A stretch of 64,000 nucleotides of DNA from a virus. The DNA lies in IMG/VR virus record IMGVR_UViG_3300037245_001320, positions 1-64,000 of that record. One strand, 5' to 3'. The stretch's first letter is position 1, and the number at the start of each line of letters is the position of its first letter. This document shows positions 13,101 to 23,771 of the stretch, piece after piece. The notes beneath the pieces are model-generated. The model ran no database searches. It was not told the origin of the DNA and was given only the letters and a program-made list of their open reading frames with translations. The translations under genes and the position numbers were made by a program.

Positions 13101-14526
13101 TAAAAGAGGAGAACTAAATGAAGGAACTGGAATGGAACAAACCAATATTGGGAGAAGTCCAAACATCACAAGATATTGTAATGAGATGTGGAAGAGGATA
13201 TAGATACAGAGTTAGATGCACTAGTTACAATCTCCCAACATTGGAGATTATTGATAATGGAGGCAGTAATAAAGTTTTATTCTCTACACCAATGGAAACA
13301 ACACAAATGACACATATAGCTAAATTCTTAGAAGAGGCAGTGTCTGTGATAGAGGATAACCCGTTGTTGAATGGTGGATATAAAAAGGAGAAATAGATGA
13401 TAGATTGTAAAATAAGATTTGGGTCATATGAATATAATGTATGGGTTAGTGATCGACTATGGATGGCTAAAATGGTTGATAGTAAATCTCCTTTCTGGGA
13501 TTTTCAAGAGTGCTCCAAAGAAGAATTATTTACCAAGATGAAAGGATGTCATGACTTCCCGTTAGTTATTATTGAACTATGTCACAAAACAGACTGTAAA
13601 TATTATAATGAGAATATGGATTTAAATTGTGGTGCTGATGAAGATACCTGCGAGAGATGTAATTTTGGTAAAGGGTTTGAACAAGAAATGCTCTGTCCCA
13701 AATGTAAAAGTGAAATGAAAGAGTATGTAAACAGATATAGATGTAGAAATATAGATTGTAGAAATACTATTGATAAATATTTTAAGATTAAAGGAGACAA
13801 ATATAAATGACCAAAGTAAATGAAGAGTACAAAATAAACATAATGAAAATAGAAGCCGCTATACAATTAGAGAAAAACGACATGAACAAGATGTGTTTAA
13901 TGAATGTTAAACATTATATGGAGAGTCAACAAGAAAAACTAGAAGAACTCCAAGAATATCTAGAACTAGCTGTTAGCCAACAAGACCAATGCCCAATATG
14001 TAAAAGATGGGATTTTAGAGAGTTAGGACATGTATCCAATTGTTTTATGAGAACTTTACCTAATGGGAATACACAATATAGTAAATAAGGGTTGACACAA
14101 CTAATAGTTATGTATAGTATAGAAGTATAAAGGAGAAATAAATATGATGAGAAAGAAAAAAACTTGTAGTGGTTGTACAGCCTTATCACTGGACAGGTGC
14201 ACATTAGGATATAAAATGGAAACCATCTACATAGGAACATCTATAGGTTATGACTATCCTGAAGGTATCCCACAAGAAGTTTGTGAGAAGCCTAGAACAA
14301 TTAAAAAGTTATTGGAGTTGATAAAGGAGCAAACATGCAAAGACTAGTAACATTCACAGAAGAAGAATTTAAGAATAAATTCAAAGAGTTTGTAGATAAC
14401 TTCGTAAAACAAAGTGAAAAGGACTATGGTGTAAAATTACATTGTAACGAGACAAAGATGATAATTCATGATAAAGAGTCTGTTTTAGGTTCTTTAATGA
14501 TGAGTTGGGATGAGACATTTAAATAA
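10113..14526 (+). other. Array of small hypothetical genes including Zn-ribbon proteins (11099, 13397) and a putative lipoprotein (11830)
   Basis: CxxC motifs; lipobox FLGC; consecutive RBS-led ORFs. Confidence 0.6.
12104..12134 (+). terminator. Intrinsic terminator
   Basis: AAGCAAG...CTTGCTTTT hairpin plus U-tract after ORF 11830..12093. Confidence 0.65.
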
Positions 14527-14541
14527 TAAGGAGAATAGAGT

Positions 14542-14961
14542 ATGAAAACATTAGAAATTACAGAAGAAGGCAAGATCACCACAATAATGGGTAGAGCTAA
14601 ATCAGGAAAGTCAACTATATTAAAGGCTTTAATTAATAACAACACAGAGAAGACTTCTTTTAATGATGTATACTTCACAACAGAAGAAAACAAGAGAGAT
14701 GTAGTAGGTAAATTTACTAATCCAGATGTAATTATATTTGAAGCAAAAACCTTTGATGACATATTTACTTCTCTTCAATGTATTGTACTAGACAACATAG
14801 ATATAAGAACAATTTCTATAGATAGCATTGATACTTTAGTGGGGGATTATGAAAAGTTTACACAATGGCTAGAGAATTTTATTAACGATAAAGATCCAAA
14901 TATACGACCTAAAACAGTAACAAACGTGTACATAACTAAACAAATGAGGAGAATGGATTAA
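14542..14961 (+). CDS. Small P-loop NTPase (RecA/DnaB-like fragment)
   Basis: Walker A GRAKSGKS; Walker B-like ISIDS. Confidence 0.6.
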   Translation: MKTLEITEEGKITTIMGRAKSGKSTILKALINNNTEKTSFNDVYFTTEENKRDVVGKFTNPDVIIFEAKTFDDIFTSLQCIVLDNIDIRTISIDSIDTLVGDYEKFTQWLENFINDKDPNIRPKTVTNVYITKQMRRMD

Positions 14962-17573
14962 ATGAAAAAGAAATACGAAGTAAACCTATCATCAGAGTAT
15001 GCAGTAACATTTCCAGATGAGCAGAAAATAATCGACTATTACATTGATGGAGATTGGAAAGAAACATTCTATGAGTTTTATGGCATAGAGGATATGATAA
15101 GAAGTATTATTTACTCCTTTGTAAGAACAGGTACACAGATGTTAAAAGATGAGTTAGGTAACTATTACTTCTGTAAAGTAATAGAGGGCTATCCAGAGTT
15201 TGTAAGAGATGATGATAACAGAGATCTATACACAAGTTCACACGAAGAGTGTGGAACAATTATTATTGAAAGAGAATGTGAGTTAGATGTAGATTTTGTG
15301 ACAGAGCAAGATAATACCTAACATATTAGTCATAATACCCTATAATCAAAGGTTATAGATAAGATATTGTTAATAGCTCCTTAATTTGGGAGCTTTTTTA
15401 TTTAAGGACTTGACACACTTATAGATTTCCTATAAGATATAAATAGATTGAGAGGAGAAATAATTATGATAGACAGTGAATTAGCACACAGTTTAATAGA
15501 TGAGTATAGAAATAAAGAGATAAGACCCAGTGATAGGGTTGAGTTATTAGTAACTTATGAGCATAAATTAGAGAAAGAAATAGGAACATGTTTATGGGAA
15601 CATTATGCATCTCGAGATTACTGGATAGAAGGTTGTTCAGATTTTGAAACACACGATAAGATAAGACCTAGATTTAATAAGACAATAGATATTACTTCTT
15701 TTACTAATTGTCCTTATTGTGGAAAACCAATTGAATTTGTGGAGGAGAACTAAAATTATGAGAGGAATTATCAAAATACTAGAAAACACTTTAGAAGGAA
15801 CATATCATCCAATATTCTATGCAGAGAGCCCATTACCAGGAGAGAGAACGTCTTTAATAAGATATAAGTCAAAGATGCAGCATACATCAGGATTAGCGTC
15901 CTTGGAAATAGCTGTAGATAATATAAACAATAATCTTTTAAGTAGATTAGAGGAACAGGGATATTATGTGAAAAAAGCAGACAGCTATGAAGTAGTAGTT
16001 TGGGATGGAGTAGAATTTCCAACAGATATTACTATGGAATATGAGGAGAATACATAATGATGAAAGATGGAAATGAAAACGAAAGATATGCAATACACTT
16101 AGACACAATGGATTCACAAATTCTATTACTCTCAAAAGGGCACTTCAAAGAGATAAAAGAAAAATTAGGTATAGATAATATAGAAGTATTAAAAGCTCTA
16201 TGGTTAGAAAATTATGGTGTGAGTAAGGTGTATGATGTTAATTTAGGATATATAGCTAGACATATGGTAGAGCTCTTAGAATCCTTAGATTTATTGAAAG
16301 CTAAGGATGTATGTACGCTGTTAAGTGAATCAGAAGGATATACAAGGGGTATCTGGAGAGGAATGAACCAAACAACTAAGTTAACATTCAATGAGGCTAT
16401 TTTAACTACTTCCTTAAATATGATTAGTACTCTACAAGTATATAAATCAGAATCCGATGAAGCAATACTAGAATTAGAAGATTATTACGATTCCTTCCTA
16501 GAGGTTTATAGAGTACAGGAAGAGGATTATGGAGTGCATATAGGACATTGTTGTAAAGACCACGGGTGTAAGTATAGTGAGAGAACATGCCCTGTAGTAT
16601 TAGAAATTGTTGTGCAGGAATATCCATGTGAAGATTGTGGAGAGGAGAATTAAATTATGACTAATATTGAAAAAATAACAGAGGATATCACAAAATTAGT
16701 AGAAAAATACGAAGATTTAACCCTAGAAAATATAGTATTAGATAGGGATAAAGTTAGTGTCAATATATTCACAACTACTAAAATAAAAAGTAAATTTAAA
16801 GCTAGTTATCCATTAAAACCAATAGTAATTACTACTGACCCTTATTTTTATTTTATGAAATGTAAAAGAAACAGTTCCATAAATTTTGAAGATATAGTAG
16901 TCAGATTTAATATAAGTAGAAGGTCTTTAGTATTACAAAACGGTCATCTTGATAAAAACCTAACATATAATGTATCAACGCTATTATATGGATTAGAGTT
17001 TTTAATGTATCATTTGGTTCAGGAACACAGTCTTAAAAATAACCGTGATGATAAACTGATATTAAGAGAAATTATGGAAGATATAATTCACACTGATGGT
17101 ATTGCGTTTATAGAGGAAATGGGAGAAGATCTGTCTGAAAGAGATTTCTTAGAAGTTACAGGAGATGAGGCTAAAGAATATGCTGTAAATAATTACAAAG
17201 GGTTTATTAATTACACTGAGACACACTCATGGACTAGTCGTAGTACAAAGGGTGGACTAAATGCTATTATTGTATCTCGTGAAAAATATGATTATCACTA
17301 TCCAATAAGAACAAAATTCTATGTATTTATTAAATATGGAAAGATAACACACATGGAGGAACTAAAATGAAAACATTATACAGAGAAAATGAAAGCTTAA
17401 CAGATGAAGCTGTAGAATTAGGTATGGAAATATCTGATATATTAGAACCAACTATAACTAAATGGGTTGAGAGAGGATATACATATAGAGAAGTATGTGC
17501 TATAACTAAGGATTATTTAGATATTATTAGATCTGTGGGTATAATTAAAAACTACACAGAAGAGGAGAAATAA
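14962..17573 (+). other. Hypothetical genes (14962, 15448, 15719, 16057, 16657, 17367)
   Basis: RBS-led ORFs; terminator at about 15375-15400 followed by a TTGACA promoter. Confidence 0.6.
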
Positions 17574-17574
17574 T

Positions 17575-18581
17575 ATGAATATAAGAAAGAAAATAACTAT
17601 ACCAACGTTAGCATTACTATTTACAGGTAATTTAGTATTAATTTTAGTAGCTAATACTATTTTGAAATCAGCTATTATAGAAAAAGACGCTCAGACATCA
17701 ACATACATACTAGATGAGGTTATGATCCAACTAGAAGAGGTGTACACAGGTAAAATCACAAAATAATTATTTAGAGACAATATGTTCTCACACAATATAG
17801 ATTCTGCATACCCATATATCCTAACAGAAGATGATAATCTATATCTACATATTAATCCGACACTAGAAGGAAAAGGATCAGTTATAGATACAGAGACAAA
17901 CAAATCAATTCTACCATGAATAAAAATAATGTAGATCAAACATACACATATCATTTCACACACCCAACAAAGAAAGGATCTCATCCTAAGAAAGCATATA
18001 TAAGATATTATGAACCTTTAAAGTTATATGTTATATATGCTACATACACAGATTACCTAGACAATAATATACAGAAATCAACATTACTCTTAAGTGGAAT
18101 AGCTCTAGCATTACTTTTAATCATAGCTATACCGATGTATCTAATAGCTAATAATATAGCAAAATATATAGTCTCAGTTAGTACACAAGCTAAAGAACTA
18201 TCTGAAGGTGACGGAGATTTAACTAAGAGATTAGAGGCTCATTCTAAGGATGAATTAGGTATTTTAGGTAGTTACATGAATAAATTCCTTCAATTAGTGC
18301 AAAATATAATAAGTAATATAAACATCTCAGCAAATAAAGTTCATCAATTAACACAAGATGTACAAGATACTATAGGAGCTATGAGATCTAATTCTAATAA
18401 AGTTAAGAGCCTATTAGATCAAACTTCAGATAGATCAATAGAAGCTACAAATGCTATCAACGAGATCAATATAGGAACAAAGGAAATAGCTGTAAGTATT
18501 GGTAATATGATTAATGTAGTAAAAGAATTAGAAATAGTTGATGAAGACTTGACTATTGAAGTTAAAAAGTTTAAAGTATAG
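17575..18581 (+). pseudogene. Interrupted methyl-accepting chemotaxis protein-like gene (TM-Cache-TM-HAMP-truncated MCP helices)
   Basis: TM1 in 17575..17766; the frame continues past TAA 17764 with Cache-like YPYILT..HINPTLEGK; frameshift at about 17916; KKAYIRYYEPLK (Cache), TM2, HAMP EGDGDLTKRL..SKDELG, MCP-like end EVKKFKV; signalling hairpin absent. Confidence 0.75.
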
Positions 18582-18601
18582 TTAAGAAGAGAGGAGATAA
18601 A

Positions 18602-18913
18602 ATGTACATAACAGAAAAACTTAAAGAATGGAACAAACTGAAAGTAGAGAAAAAGCTAATATCACAAGAGTTTAGAACACAAACAGGAAATGGGATAGAG
18701 TATAACATAACAGCAAGCAACTTTAATACCCCTCTATTAACTATAATAGAATACCCATATGATGAAAATATTAAAAGACATTATAAAGAAAATATGAAAA
18801 CAGACCAGATGAGATCATTGTCTAAATGGTTATCAGATGTAGCAGATATTATAGACAATGATATAGACTTAGATAATGGTGAACCAAAGAAGCTTAAAAA
18901 GGTGATAAAATGA
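18602..18913 (+). CDS. Hypothetical protein, paralogue of 13118..13396
   Basis: Shared SxNxPxLxII and TxQMxx(I/L)xKxL..DN segments. Confidence 0.6.
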   Translation: MYITEKLKEWNKLKVEKKLISQEFRTQTGNGIEYNITASNFNTPLLTIIEYPYDENIKRHYKENMKTDQMRSLSKWLSDVADIIDNDIDLDNGEPKKLKKVIK

Positions 18914-19155
18914 AATATATAATAATTAAAGCATCATGGAATACAGAGTATGAAGCCTTACTATTTCCAGAAGGTATTATTCATCATCCTGTTGCTATGT
19001 CTGTTGGGTGCATGGATGATTATGAGGTTATATCAGCAGGTTTTTGTGATAAGAACTATAATGCTTACGGAGAAAGCACATCTATGAAAAGAAAAAGTAG
19101 ACCTGAAGAAGATACCATTATTCTACAAAGGATATTTATAAAGGAATTCTATTAG
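18910..19155 (+). CDS. Hypothetical phage protein
   Basis: ORF with ISAGF..YGESTS motif, overlapping the upstream stop. Confidence 0.6.
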   Translation: MKYIIIKASWNTEYEALLFPEGIIHHPVAMSVGCMDDYEVISAGFCDKNYNAYGESTSMKRKSRPEEDTIILQRIFIKEFY

Positions 19156-19168
19156 GGCTAATATTAGT

Positions 19169-19621
19169 ATGAGACAAACAAAAACAATATTTCAAGGCGA
19201 CTTGTATATAACAGATAAACCAGAGATTATAAGGACTGTACTAGGTTCTTGTATCTCTGTTTGTTTATATGATATAAGAAGTACAATAGTCTGCATGAAT
19301 CATTATGCCCTCCCAAAAAGAAAGGTAGACAGTAATAAACAAGATTTAAACTATGGTAAAGAAGCTATAGATATACTTATCAGAAGGATGATGAGTAAAG
19401 GAGTACATTTATATAATATAAGAGCTAAAGTGTTTGGAGGTGCTTGTATCAATATGTCTGAAGTAAATAGTGTAGGTCAAGCTAATATTACAATAGCTTT
19501 TAAAATATTAAATGAATATAAGATTCCTATTGAGAGCAAAGATGTTGGAGGTATAAATGGTAGAACTTTATTATTTCATACTGAGAGTAGGAAGGTTTTT
19601 GTGAAGAGATTAAATAAATAA
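19169..19621 (+). CDS. cheD: Chemoreceptor glutamine deamidase CheD
   Basis: TVLGSCISVCLYD (catalytic Cys), MNHYALP (His), AKVFGGA, DVGG..GR. Confidence 0.92.
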   Translation: MRQTKTIFQGDLYITDKPEIIRTVLGSCISVCLYDIRSTIVCMNHYALPKRKVDSNKQDLNYGKEAIDILIRRMMSKGVHLYNIRAKVFGGACINMSEVNSVGQANITIAFKILNEYKIPIESKDVGGINGRTLLFHTESRKVFVKRLNK

Positions 19622-20179
19622 TGAGCATGGTGGTGGGAGAAGGTCCTCCCCAGGGTAAAGTAAAAAGGTACAGGAAATGGTTTGTAGTATTTTATTGTAA
19701 TATTACATACATCTTACAAAATCTTACATCCACCAGTCATTTACTAAACCTTCTGTGAAATACTTCGCAACAAATAGTATACATCATCTCAAAATCCCTC
19801 ACCAAATAAACCTATAAAATCACACCAAACACCTATACACCTTCACATAAATCCTATAGAAATCATCCTAGAATAAAGCTCTCAGAAGCATCGAAAAATC
19901 ATAGTTGAACCCATACACCTTTTTACAGAGAAAGTCCTGTGAATCACTCTGTAGGGCTATAGAAAAAGAGATTAGGAATATAGGTAGAAGTCTGGAAATA
20001 AATTTGATAGTCTTTTAGAAAAGCTTCCTCGGTGGAGGAACTTTTTTCTGGGGGATTTTTAAGAAATTTCGAGGAGGAGGAAAAACAAAGCGAGAAAAAT
20101 TTTCATCCCCGCCAACTTTTATATTTTCAGATAGGATCTCATTTTTTGCTCTAGAATCAAATTTTCTTTAAAAATAAAG

Positions 20180-20269
20180 TTAGGTTGGACTAATTCGGAT
20201 AGGATAGACTAATAAACTTAGGCTTGCCTATCTGAATTAGGGTGGACTAACAAAGTTAGGCTTGCCTAT
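20180..20269. repeat. 5 x 14-bp imperfect palindrome WTAGG-N4-(A/C)CTAW with exact 19-bp period
   Basis: Units at 20180 TTAGGTTGGACTAA, 20199, 20218 TTAGGCTTGCCTAT, 20237, 20256. Confidence 0.92.
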
Positions 20270-21035
20270 CTGGATTTATATTTATACAATAATCATGAAT
20301 AAATATACTTATATAATAGTTATCATTATCTTTAATAGTAGTATTGATTATCATTATCAATAACTTTTATTAGTAATAGTTACTATTCATATTGTTTAAA
20401 ATGAGATATTGTTTGTAAGTTTCTTATTTATTTCTAATATAGTAACATCCTCCTTTTAATATACTTATATAATACCATTTAAGCATAACGAAAATAAACC
20501 GCTAAACTTATCATAGTTACACCTTTTTAAAAATCCGAAGTTAAAAAGAAAACTACCATAAATTCTTACTACCTTTTTAAAAATGGTTTTTAAAATCACT
20601 AACTAGATTTTTGTTTTTGCAACATTTAACTATTCAGCTATTTTTTTATAGCGAATTTAAAAAATTGAAAGTTGAATTTATTACCTTGAAAAATTTACAA
20701 AGTTGAATTCATTGTCTCGATTTTTTTGAAAAGATCTCTGTTATAACTTTGAAAATTTTGGTAGTAATCACTACTACCTTTTAACTAACTAAGATTTTTT
20801 AAATAGTTTCTTGATATAACTTTTAAAATTTTGGAATTTTATTGTGCTTTATTAGATACAACTAACAAAATTAGGCACAATGAAAGTAGCAGTTAGTCTT
20901 ATCTAACTCGTATATTTACTATAGAATTTCATCTAAAATGATAGTATAAACGGTCTGTAACAGGTTTCAATGAATATAGCATAGACTTTATAAACCCACC
21001 CACGCTATGAGCGATTTTAAACAAATTCTGTTTTC

Positions 21036-21072
<37 letters not shown>

Positions 21073-21232
21073 TCTAATTTGTTATTTTACTTGCATATAA
21101 AGGAAGAGGAAAATTCTTTTAATCTTTTTACTTATTTTAATTGACTCTTTTTAATATCTAAGCTATATTTATTAACAGATAGCAACTAACAAACTGTTAT
21201 TAGATACAGGTTATTTAATTATATGGTTTTAA

Positions 21233-21733
21233 GTGCTGAAAAGATTAAAAGGATTTTATAATATGGATAGTAAAAGATTAAAAGGCATTATTATTTTACT
21301 AGGTGATACAAGCCACCATGAAGAGCAAGGAAACTATTTTTTAAAAAAGACAAATACAACTTTTGTTGCTACTTATTCACATGTAACAAATACATTTATT
21401 AAGGGGTTAGTAAATACAGTTTATGAAATAACACTTAAAAACGAAAATGGTGTATATCAATTTGATTTTACACAATCGGTGCATAATTCAAAACTTGATA
21501 TTAAACCAACACCTTATGATGTTTTATCAGGTGTTACATGTTACGAAGTTGAAAAGGAATTAAAAGACTTTTGTAGTGAGTTCGGTTATGAACACAAATT
21601 CTATAATGAAGACTTAAATAGATATTGCTTAGTTAAAGAGTCACAAAGCATACACAATGCCTGTAAAAAAGAATATAGAAATATAAAAAGAATGTTTAAA
21701 AATACTCTTGATATATTATGTGAAATAAACTAA
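21233..21733 (+). CDS. Hypothetical phage protein
   Basis: ORF with PTPYDVL..DFCSEFGY motif; true start probably M11. Confidence 0.65.
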   Translation: MLKRLKGFYNMDSKRLKGIIILLGDTSHHEEQGNYFLKKTNTTFVATYSHVTNTFIKGLVNTVYEITLKNENGVYQFDFTQSVHNSKLDIKPTPYDVLSGVTCYEVEKELKDFCSEFGYEHKFYNEDLNRYCLVKESQSIHNACKKEYRNIKRMFKNTLDILCEIN

Positions 21734-21769
21734 AGTAAATTAGTCCAGAGGGATAAAGGATACAAAAAC

Positions 21770-22306
21770 ATGGAAAAAAGCCAACTTAATGCAAAATTAG
21801 TAAGAAACATTTTAGAGACTTGTAATTTTGAGGTAACATTTGAAGTTATTAAAAATTACTTAGAAATAACAGGGGATTTAAACACCTTTACAGATGTATT
21901 AGAATTTCTAAATGAAACAACCGATATAACAGATGAAGAAATGGAAATAATAAACGGTGTTATTGATTATCAAGGGCTAACAACTGAAGATGAATATTTA
22001 AACGTATTAGAAGTTATTAACTTAACATGTATGGAAGATGATACAACCATTGAATTTGACGGTTTTGAACTACGAATTATTAAAGATTCTGAAATATGGG
22101 AAATATATAAGGGGTCAATAGAAAATGTGGTAACTGAGTGTTATGACTTAAACCTTGATAATATACCATCATTTGTTGAATTCTCTATTGACTGGGAACA
22201 AACCGCAAAAAATTGTTATGTGGACGGTTATGGGCATGAATTTAGCGGGTATGATCATTCCGAACATGAAACAGATAATTTTTGGTATTTTTGTACTAAT
22301 AAATAA
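21770..22306 (+). CDS. Acidic protein, possible DNA mimic/anti-restriction
   Basis: D/E-rich; C-terminal FSIDWEQTAKN is reminiscent of the ArdA YFDYEAYARD motif. Confidence 0.45.
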   Translation: MEKSQLNAKLVRNILETCNFEVTFEVIKNYLEITGDLNTFTDVLEFLNETTDITDEEMEIINGVIDYQGLTTEDEYLNVLEVINLTCMEDDTTIEFDGFELRIIKDSEIWEIYKGSIENVVTECYDLNLDNIPSFVEFSIDWEQTAKNCYVDGYGHEFSGYDHSEHETDNFWYFCTNK

Positions 22307-22403
22307 ACATACACAATGGACTTAAAACAATAGTTAACACAATATACAACTTTTATATAAAGTCCATTGTATACGTAACTATAAACAAATAAAGGGGGAA
22401 TTA

Positions 22404-22700
22404 TTGTTTATATCAAAATTAGAGGCATGGCATAAAGTAAATAAAACAGATATAACAACAATTAAAAAAGAGATAATCTTTTATACTATGTTTGAATATG
22501 AATTAAAAACTTTCTTGAATACTGAAAAGAACACAAAATTATTAAAAACACTTGTTAAACAATTAGTATGTAATAATTTAACATTGGAAGATGTTAAACA
22601 AGAGTTAATTCACAATACAGATAAAAATAATTATTGTTATTTAATTAAAATAGGATATATTGATAGTAATTATATATTATATTTAAAAACAGTTGATTAA
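22404..22700 (+). CDS. Hypothetical protein
   Basis: GGGGG RBS, TTG start. Confidence 0.55.
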   Translation: MFISKLEAWHKVNKTDITTIKKEIIFYTMFEYELKTFLNTEKNTKLLKTLVKQLVCNNLTLEDVKQELIHNTDKNNYCYLIKIGYIDSNYILYLKTVD

Positions 22701-22770
22701 TATTAAATTAACCTATAGAATGATATTAGATTAAAAAACAAGTTTTAAACAACTTGTAAAGGATAACAAA

Positions 22771-23583
22771 GTGAATAGAAAAGAATTTGAAGAGTTGGAA
22801 GTGGTTTTAATAGATACATTAGAAGAAAAAGGTTTTAACGGTATCGATGTTAGTTTAGAAATTTCATTGTTTGAATATGGATTACTAGTAAAACCTTCAG
22901 AGGATAAAAAAGAATTTGATTGTATTATTGGAAGTAATTCCGATGATAACGGAAATTTTAAAGAATTTAGTTATGCTTCTATTACAAAACAATTCCTATT
23001 TGATTTTATTAACTGTAAAGAATGGGTAAACAAAAAAGACTTAAAAAGCTTTTACGAATCTAATGATACAAATAAAAAAGAGTGTTTACTTTTAATAAAT
23101 GAATTTTCCCCCATGATTATTAACGATATTATCAGTTACTGGGGTATAGTTGAATTTTTTGATATTGGAGCAACGGATCATATATTTTTAGAAAATTATC
23201 AGTATGATTGTTTAAATGATTATTATGATGAATTAACAGATTTAAATGATGAATTAAAAGAACTTGAAACAAATTTAGAAGAGTTACCAGAATTTGACAG
23301 GGATGACTATAAAACTGGATTTGATGAAATGTTGGACGATGGGGAAAGTATAACAGTTGCAGGGATTGAATTCGAGCCTTCAGATATTTTAAAAGAATGC
23401 GACCCAACGGCATATAGATGTTATTTTAATGATTATGTTTTTAGTTATGAGGATGAATATAATAATACTGTAGAAGAATTTGAAACTGAAATTGAGAATA
23501 AAAAAGAAGAAATAACAGATAAAAAACAAGAAATTCTAAGTCAATTAGAGGATATACCACAAATTGACTTAGAAGATGAATAA
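22771..23583 (+). CDS. Highly acidic phage protein (possible DNA mimic)
   Basis: Extremely D/E-rich, EPSDILKECDPTAYR motif, own promoter. Confidence 0.6.
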   Translation: MNRKEFEELEVVLIDTLEEKGFNGIDVSLEISLFEYGLLVKPSEDKKEFDCIIGSNSDDNGNFKEFSYASITKQFLFDFINCKEWVNKKDLKSFYESNDTNKKECLLLINEFSPMIINDIISYWGIVEFFDIGATDHIFLENYQYDCLNDYYDELTDLNDELKELETNLEELPEFDRDDYKTGFDEMLDDGESITVAGIEFEPSDILKECDPTAYRCYFNDYVFSYEDEYNNTVEEFETEIENKKEEITDKKQEILSQLEDIPQIDLEDE

Positions 23584-23596
23584 TAAAAAATAGTGT

Positions 23597-23625
23597 TTGA
23601 CATATACAATAATAAAGATTAAAAT
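23597..23625 (+). promoter_or_regulatory. sigma70 promoter
   Basis: TTGACA-17-TAAAAT. Confidence 0.7.
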
Positions 23626-23771
23626 TATTGTATATTAAAAATTAAAAGGCAATTGAGCTAAAAGGAAACAAAAATGAAAAAAACAACTTTAAGAACTTAT
23701 GAACAAACAAGAAAGAACAAAGCAAAGAAACAAAACAAACAACGTAGAAATGTTAGAAGAACAAAAAACGG

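Noticed and set aside
17575-19621. Host chromosomal chemotaxis operon (prophage boundary)
   Set aside because: No cheA/W/Y/R/B genes; the MCP-like gene and cheD are interleaved with phage-type small ORFs, one of them a paralogue of 13118
20180-20269. CRISPR array
   Set aside because: Units are 14 bp with 5-bp gaps, there are no spacer-length unique sequences, and no cas genes are present
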